Shown: positions 58,673 to 64,000 of the stretch, piece by piece
Position numbering within the stretch: the stretch's first letter is position 1
Layout: every line of letters starts with the position of its first letter
NCBI GenBank assembly: GCA_041392475.1
Contig: JAWKLZ010000003.1
Location: 853,067-917,066, forward strand
Direction: 5' to 3'
DNA length: 64,000 nt
Source of the DNA: Chitinophagales bacterium
GTDB lineage: Bacteria > Bacteroidota > Bacteroidia > Chitinophagales > UBA2359
The notes under the pieces: generated by a model
What the model was told of the DNA's origin: nothing
Seen by the model: the letters and a program-made list of their open reading frames with translations, nothing else
Database searches by the model: none
Made by a program: the position numbers and the translations under genes

Positions 58673-60670
58673 ATGGACGAACATCTACATAACGATCCTT
58701 TAGAGGAATTTTTTCGCCGTTCTTTGGACGACTTTGGCGATGAACCCTCTGATGATGTCTGGAATGGTCTGGACAATCGGCTTGCGCTTCATGAAAGTGG
58801 TGGTGAAGGTGTTTCTCCATCTGCCACTCCGCCAACAGGCGGAATATTGACAGCCTCTTCGTTTCTCAAATGGATAGGTATGGCAGCTATTGCAGGTTTA
58901 TTGAGCCTTGCCACCTACTATATTTACCAACAAAACAATGAAATCGCCAATCTCTCTCAACACATTAATCAACAAACTCAAACGATTGAAGAACTCCATA
59001 CTAAAGTAGATAACTTGGAAACAAATGAGGAGGAAGAACTTCAAAAAGGCAAAAACCTTCCTTCTGCAAACTCATTACAAAACAACAATGTAGAACCGAA
59101 AGAGAATATTGAAAAATCCAATACAGCAGCCTCAAAAAATGAACTAAACGCTAGGAATCTTCCTCCAAAATCATCTTCCTTCAATCCTTTGCAAAACAAC
59201 AATTTGGAGCAAAATAAAGTGGAAACCATTGAAGGAGAAGATATTGCAGCGAAAAAAGAGGTGAATCAATCTTCCTTCAATCCTTTGCAAAACAACAATT
59301 TGGAGCAAAATAAAGTGGAAACCATTGAAGGAGAAGACATTGCAGCGAAAAAAGAGGTGAATCAATCTTCCTTCAATCCTTTGTCAAACAGCAATTTGGA
59401 GCAAAATAAAGTGGAAACCATTGAAGTAGGTGATATTGCAGCGAAAAAAGAGGTGAATCAATCTTCCTTCAATCCTTTGCAAAACAACAATTTGGAGCAA
59501 AATAAAGTGGAAACCATTGAAGGAAATGGCATCGCAGCGAAAAAAGAACTGGACAAGACTTCAATGACTCCTTTGCAAAACAAGGATTTACACCAATATA
59601 CGACAGAAGATATCGATTTCCCAACGACAAGTATGGAAGAGGATGCTACAAAAATGGATAGGACTGATGAAACCAAAACGGAAACTGATAATCAATCAAA
59701 TGAGTTGATGGAGTCGTTGGATAAACTTCAAAAAAAGAAAACGCAGAAAACGCTAAAAGTAAAGCCAGATAAAAAAAAGGCTGCAAAACTCGAAAACGCA
59801 TTGGCACAAAAATCTTCCAAATCAACGAAATCAACTGATAATTCGGTTGAAGAAATGGACAATCAATCGCTACCCCAAACACCTTCCGCCAGTGATAGCC
59901 AATGGGCTATTGCTGCTACTTTTGCGCCCGCTCGCAGTTTTAGAACCATCAAAAGTACAATTCCAAATGATAATATGGTGAAGAAAATCAACGAACAAGA
60001 AAAACCTCAGTTGTCTTTTGAAACAGGTATTGAAGTGGCCTATCAATTCAAAACGAATTGGCATTTGAAATCGGGAGTTAATTACCGCCAAGTAAATCAA
60101 GTGGCCGTTTATAAACCCAAATTGCAGTATCGTCCTGATGCGCCAAAAGAAGTCCACAATGGTAAACCCAGATTTATTTACAACTATTCTATACCAGGAA
60201 GTTACGGTTTGAATGAGGTGGAGTTTGGTTTGGAGGATTTCAACAATATTACCGATGGCGAAAGTTTTGATTTGGAGGTGAAAAACGACCAGACTTTCAA
60301 TTGGATGCGTGTGCCATTGTTGGTTCAGCATGACTTGGGGAAAGGGCGTTTGCAGGGAAACATTATGGGAGGACTTGCTGCTAACTTTTTGCTGAAAGAA
60401 AAGCAAAATTTTAATACGGTGAAATCAATGGATAACCGATTTAGACACCATGATACCCGTCCTAATAAACCACTTCCACAGGAAAAAATAACGAATAGTT
60501 ATTTTGAATATGTGCTTGGAGTGGGATTATCTTATCAAATAAATGACCATCTCCAATTGTTTGTGACCCCTACTTATTCGGCTGCTTTGGCTCCTGTGTA
60601 TAAGAACAAGGTTTTGAAAACCTATCCTTTTTCATTGAGTGGAAATATAGGCGTTCGGCTTTCTCTTTAG
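58673..60670 (+). CDS. anti-sigma-like protein: cytoplasmic N-terminus, single TM helix, coiled-coil and tandem-repeat linker, C-terminal outer-membrane beta-barrel (porin-like) domain
   Basis: N-terminal DPLEEFFRRSLDDF...WNGL segment typical of partners of Bacteroidetes ECF sigmas. TM helix WIGMAAIAGLLSLATYYIY. Four tandem repeats of a 32-aa unit. The C-terminal 230 aa has an alternating hydrophobic beta-strand pattern and ends with an aromatic-rich ...GVRLSL. Confidence 0.7.
   Translation: MDEHLHNDPLEEFFRRSLDDFGDEPSDDVWNGLDNRLALHESGGEGVSPSATPPTGGILTASSFLKWIGMAAIAGLLSLATYYIYQQNNEIANLSQHINQQTQTIEELHTKVDNLETNEEEELQKGKNLPSANSLQNNNVEPKENIEKSNTAASKNELNARNLPPKSSSFNPLQNNNLEQNKVETIEGEDIAAKKEVNQSSFNPLQNNNLEQNKVETIEGEDIAAKKEVNQSSFNPLSNSNLEQNKVETIEVGDIAAKKEVNQSSFNPLQNNNLEQNKVETIEGNGIAAKKELDKTSMTPLQNKDLHQYTTEDIDFPTTSMEEDATKMDRTDETKTETDNQSNELMESLDKLQKKKTQKTLKVKPDKKKAAKLENALAQKSSKSTKSTDNSVEEMDNQSLPQTPSASDSQWAIAATFAPARSFRTIKSTIPNDNMVKKINEQEKPQLSFETGIEVAYQFKTNWHLKSGVNYRQVNQVAVYKPKLQYRPDAPKEVHNGKPRFIYNYSIPGSYGLNEVEFGLEDFNNITDGESFDLEVKNDQTFNWMRVPLLVQHDLGKGRLQGNIMGGLAANFLLKEKQNFNTVKSMDNRFRHHDTRPNKPLPQEKITNSYFEYVLGVGLSYQINDHLQLFVTPTYSAALAPVYKNKVLKTYPFSLSGNIGVRLSL
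59173..59556 (+). repeat. 4 x 96-bp near-perfect in-frame tandem repeat inside 58673..60670
   Basis: Unit tcttccttcaatcctttgcaaaacaacaatttggagcaaaataaagtggaaaccattgaaggagaagatattgcagcgaaaaaagaggtgaatcaa, with only a few substitutions between copies. Confidence 0.9.
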
Positions 60671-60862
60671 TTAAGATAATTTTATATATTTTAGTGTAAT
60701 ACAATTACTCCATATCCTGTTCGGGTATGGAGTTTTTTATGCTCCTAAAAAATATTGCTACAATTGTATTTATTTAGCGAGACTTTTGACGTTTTTTGTG
60801 TCTAAAAGGGCAGATGAAATTTCCCAAATAATTCAATTTTCTCATAAATAAAAATTTAAAAC

Positions 60863-61828
60863 ATGAAAAAAATGTTATTCTTAGCCCTCATTATGGTGGC
60901 TTTCAGCTTACAGGCACAAACCGTTGAGGAGTTAAAAACTAAAAAGGCAGAATTGGTGACACAGCAAAAAGCGAAACAAGCGGAAGCAGATGCCTTCAAT
61001 GGAGAAATTAGCGACCTTGCCAAACAAATTGAAATTATGTCGGGCTGGCAAACAGGTTTGAGTGGATTGGTGGGTCTCAACTTTGGAAGCTCCAATAATT
61101 GGCAGGCAAATGCCAATCGAAACAGTTCATCTTCTGTATTGAACTTGGGAATCAATGGGTTTGCAAACAACATCAAAGAAAAAACCTATTGGAGAAATAC
61201 TTTGGCAGCCAATGTTAGCTGGCAGGGATTGGACAACAACACCAAAGACGATCAAGCAGGCACTGATTTTCTGGCAGATAGAAATGCAGATGTACTGATT
61301 TTTTCTTCTTTGTATGGTTTCCGATTGAGTGAAGACATTGCAGTGACAGCCTTAGGAGATTTGAACACTTCAATTTTTAATTTTCTTGCTCCCGGTACAT
61401 TTGATCTTGGAGTAGGTGCTACTTGGACTCCTAAAGCCATTCCCAATTTGGTACTTGTCGTTCACCCATTGACCTATCATTTTGCTTTCTCTGCTTTCGA
61501 TAATGTGGAAAGTCAATCTGCTTTTGGTGCGAAAGTAAAAGCTACGTATTCTCATGAGTTTCCAGGCGGCATTGTTTGGTCTTCCAACTTGGGTGCTTTT
61601 CTGCCTTACAGCAATGAAAAATTTCCGATTAGCTTTATAGGTGAAGATGGTATAGAGCAAACGGGTGAAGAAGGATTGTTTGAATACACATGGATCAACT
61701 CTTTGAATATTGCCAATCTTTGGAAAGGCGTTGGAGTGGGACTTACTTACGGAATTAGAGGTGCTAAATTTGAATATCCTCCAAGTACACAATCTTATAC
61801 GGCAGTTGGTTTGACTTATGGCTTTTAA
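60863..61828 (+). CDS. outer-membrane beta-barrel protein with N-terminal coiled-coil (DUF3078-like)
   Basis: Signal peptide MKKMLFLALIMVAFSLQAQ, a 50-aa helical segment, then alternating beta-strand pattern and a C-terminal aromatic residue (LTYGF). Confidence 0.55.
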   Translation: MKKMLFLALIMVAFSLQAQTVEELKTKKAELVTQQKAKQAEADAFNGEISDLAKQIEIMSGWQTGLSGLVGLNFGSSNNWQANANRNSSSSVLNLGINGFANNIKEKTYWRNTLAANVSWQGLDNNTKDDQAGTDFLADRNADVLIFSSLYGFRLSEDIAVTALGDLNTSIFNFLAPGTFDLGVGATWTPKAIPNLVLVVHPLTYHFAFSAFDNVESQSAFGAKVKATYSHEFPGGIVWSSNLGAFLPYSNEKFPISFIGEDGIEQTGEEGLFEYTWINSLNIANLWKGVGVGLTYGIRGAKFEYPPSTQSYTAVGLTYGF

Positions 61829-62029
61829 GGATTGATTTACTCTTGAATAGAAATAGAGATGTTGGTTGGATCTATTGGGATTCAGCCAACATTTTTTTAT
61901 GTGTGCATCATTCGATGAATGAAGCAATAATTTTCAGAAAATGTGAGAATGAATTGGCCTTAGTGTAGGATTTGAAGTATTTTGCGTGTGAAAACATTTT
62001 TCAATTAACAAATTAAATATTTAATAGAC

Positions 62030-62371
62030 ATGAAAATGAATTTCAGATTTTTAATCAGTTTTTTAGCAATAGGTTTGGTTGCATTTACACTTACGGCTTG
62101 TGGGGGTGAGACTGCTCAGAGCCATGACGACGGTCACGACCACGCAACGGAAGAAAAAGCAGTAGAAAACCATGATGGACATGACCATGACAGTCATGAA
62201 GGACATGATCATGAAGCAGGTGTAGATATGACAAGTGTGGAATATGGTTCGACTTATGTATGTCCGATGCACTGTGAAGGTAGCGGAAGTGATGTGGCAG
62301 GTTCATGCCCTGTTTGTGGAATGGAATATGTCCTCAATGCCGAACATCAGGAAGATGCACACAAGCATTAG
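62030..62371 (+). CDS. His-rich lipoprotein with heavy-metal-binding domain (YxCPMH...CPxCGM)
   Basis: Lipobox LTACGG. Four HDxGHDH/GHDH repeats. YVCPMHCEG and CPVCGMEY motifs as in HMBD domains of Cus/Czc periplasmic adaptor N-termini. Confidence 0.7.
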   Translation: MKMNFRFLISFLAIGLVAFTLTACGGETAQSHDDGHDHATEEKAVENHDGHDHDSHEGHDHEAGVDMTSVEYGSTYVCPMHCEGSGSDVAGSCPVCGMEYVLNAEHQEDAHKH

Positions 62372-62456
62372 TAGGTAAGAGGAGAGAAGCGAGACTCCAA
62401 TCTTAAGCCATCAAAAACACCTCTACTATGAGTTGATTTTGATGGCTTTTTTACTT

Positions 62457-63467
62457 TTAATTCCCTTGTTCCAACATATCCAAAGCCACATCCACAATCA
62501 TATCTTCCTGTCCACCCACCATTTTGCGCTTACCTAATTCTTCCAAAATCATTCGAGTATCCAAGCCATAGCGTTTTGCAGCCCTCTCAGAGTGAAGTAG
62601 AAAACTGGAATAAACACCCGCATAGCCCAACGAAAGCGTTTCTCTATCCACTTGCACAGGTCGGGTTTGAAGGGGGCGAATCACATCATCAGCCAAGTCC
62701 ATCAACTGATACAAATCGCAATTGGGGTGAATGTCCATTTTTTTCAAACACGCTATCAAAACCTCCAATGGTGCATTGCCTGCACCTGCGCCCATCCCTG
62801 CGAGAGAGGCATCCAGACGGGTTGCACCGTGCTGCATCGCCACAATCGTATTCGCGACTCCCAAAGATAGATTGTGGTGGCAGTGAATCCCAATTTCTGT
62901 TTCGGGCTTCAATATATCTTTATAGACTTTCACCCGTTCTACCACTCCATCCATCATCAAAGCTCCTGCTGAATCGGTGATATAGACGCAATCTGCGCCA
63001 TAACTTTCCATCAATTTGGCTTGTTCGGCCAACTTTTTGGGTTCGTTCATGTGGGCCATCATCAAAAAACCACCCACATCCATGCCCATGTTTTTGGCTG
63101 CTTCAATGTGTTGGGCCGAAATATCTGCTTCGGTGCAATGCGTGGCAATTCGCACAGATTCAACACCTAAGTCTCTTGCTCGCTTCAAATCGTGTATCGT
63201 GCCAATGCCTGGCAGTAGAAGCGTGGTCAGTTTGGCATGGGTCAGCTTTTCTGCAATGCCTTCCAACCATTCCCAATCGGTGTGTGCGCCAAAACCATAG
63301 TTAAAACTGCCGCCTGCCAAACCATCGCCATGCGAAATTTCAATGGCATCTACTTTTGCTTTGTCCAATGCCACCGCTATGTCTGTGATTTGCTGCTTGG
63401 TGTATTGGTGACGAATGGCGTGCATACCGTCTCGAAGGGTTACGTCTTGAATGTATAGGTTGCTCAT
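62457..63467 (-). CDS. dmpG: 4-hydroxy-2-oxovalerate aldolase (DmpG/MhpE/BphI family)
   Basis: [11 protein letters not shown]-terminus (HMGL-like TIM barrel), [11 protein letters not shown] metal-site region, and a C-terminal DmpG communication domain. 336 aa. Confidence 0.85.
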   Translation of the reverse strand: MSNLYIQDVTLRDGMHAIRHQYTKQQITDIAVALDKAKVDAIEISHGDGLAGGSFNYGFGAHTDWEWLEGIAEKLTHAKLTTLLLPGIGTIHDLKRARDLGVESVRIATHCTEADISAQHIEAAKNMGMDVGGFLMMAHMNEPKKLAEQAKLMESYGADCVYITDSAGALMMDGVVERVKVYKDILKPETEIGIHCHHNLSLGVANTIVAMQHGATRLDASLAGMGAGAGNAPLEVLIACLKKMDIHPNCDLYQLMDLADDVIRPLQTRPVQVDRETLSLGYAGVYSSFLLHSERAAKRYGLDTRMILEELGKRKMVGGQEDMIVDVALDMLEQGN

Positions 63468-64000
63468 GATGATGTGTTCGAATTTGAATTTTGAGTTTGA
63501 ATTTTAACCAACTTTTCTCCCGTCGCCAATGCCGCACTCGTCATAATATCCAAATTACCAGCATATTCGGGCAAATAATGACCTGCTCCTCTTACCTGCA
63601 ACAAAACCATCGTTTTCAGGCCATGACGAAGCCCCAAACCTTCAATAAATACAGGCTCGTTTTCTGGAATATCTTCAAACTGTACCGCTTGATGCAGCGA
63701 ATAACCAGGCACATATTTCTGAACCTCCGCCACCATCTGGTGAATACTTTCTCGAATCGCCTCACTATCCGCCTGTTCGCTCAATGTAAAAACTGTATCA
63801 CGCATCACCAAAGGAGGATCGGCAGGATTGAGGACAATAATCGCCTTGCCTCTATCCGCACCGCCCACTTTTTCAATCGCTTGAGCAGTCGTTTCGGTAA
63901 ACTCGTCAATGTTGGCACGAGTACCAGGGCCCGCAGATTTACTAGCAATTGAAGCCACAATTTCACCATAATGCACCTTTGCCACACGGCTTACCGCTGC
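63464..64000 (-). CDS. dmpF: acetaldehyde dehydrogenase (acetylating) (DmpF/MhpF family), C-terminal part (5' end outside window)
   Basis: The C-terminal dimerisation-domain sequence matches DmpF. The reading frame is open to the window edge and overlaps the dmpG start by 4 bp. Confidence 0.75.
   Translation of the reverse strand, partial: AAVSRVAKVHYGEIVASIASKSAGPGTRANIDEFTETTAQAIEKVGGADRGKAIIVLNPADPPLVMRDTVFTLSEQADSEAIRESIHQMVAEVQKYVPGYSLHQAVQFEDIPENEPVFIEGLGLRHGLKTMVLLQVRGAGHYLPEYAGNLDIMTSAALATGEKLVKIQTQNSNSNTSS

Noticed and set aside
59173-59556. Regular direct repeats that might suggest a CRISPR array
   Set aside because: The repeats are 96 bp, contiguous without unique spacers, and in-frame inside a long ORF (a protein tandem repeat). 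No cas genes are present.
62576-63300. Plus-strand ORFs 62576..62980, 62652..62870, 63016..63300 inside dmpG
   Set aside because: Antisense to a high-confidence aldolase CDS. Pro/Ser/His-rich translations typical of GC-skewed antisense frames.
1-64000. Search for tRNA, rRNA, tmRNA, RNase P RNA, transposase/integrase genes and integration-site duplications at tRNA genes
   Set aside because: No cloverleaf-compatible 70-90-nt segments with conserved GTTC/TPsiC features were spotted in intergenic regions. No rRNA-like conserved stretches were seen. No DDE or tyrosine-recombinase motifs appear in any ORF. The only mobile-like signature is the 65-bp duplication around the Uma2 gene.

Overview
This window looks like a Bacteroidota chromosome segment. 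The phylum call is an inference from at least five proteins carrying type IX secretion (T9SS) C-terminal sorting domains, Bacteroidetes-style lipoproteins, and an ECF-sigma followed by an anti-sigma-like protein ending in an outer-membrane beta-barrel. I found no rRNA, tRNA, CRISPR array, transposase or integrase.

The region is dominated by secreted or periplasmic peptidases (M61, M43, S9A prolyl oligopeptidase, M14, M20 and a giant gingipain-like T9SS cargo). Alongside them sits an Opp/Yej-type peptide ABC importer locus with two tandemly duplicated binding proteins and two permeases, but no ATPase gene.

Housekeeping genes include Lon protease, KdsC, a HAD-IIA hydrolase, an NfeD/flotillin pair, an orphan ISC-type ferredoxin with an IscX-like protein, a 4'-phosphopantetheinyl transferase, and a dmpG/dmpF-like aldolase and dehydrogenase pair that runs off the window end.

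The candidates most worth follow-up are:
1. A same-strand five-gene cluster: unknown, GNAT-domain protein, DUF785 retropepsin-like protease, RimK ATP-grasp ligase, AstE/AspA M14-like hydrolase. I read this as a possible protein or peptide poly-glutamylation writer-plus-eraser module with uncharacterised accessory genes.
2. An Uma2-family (DUF820) endonuclease gene inserted into the 3' end of a host gene. It is flanked by a perfect 65-bp direct repeat, and the displaced original C-terminus survives as an orphan ORF.
3. An ECF sigma paired with an apparently envelope-spanning protein (anti-sigma-like N-terminus, TM helix, outer-membrane barrel) that contains four perfect 96-bp tandem repeats.
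4. A microbial PARG-like macro-domain protein.
5. Several His-rich metal-binding lipoproteins.
6. An SDR pseudogene remnant.

All calls rest on reading the supplied translations and the nucleotide sequence by eye. No database searches were run.
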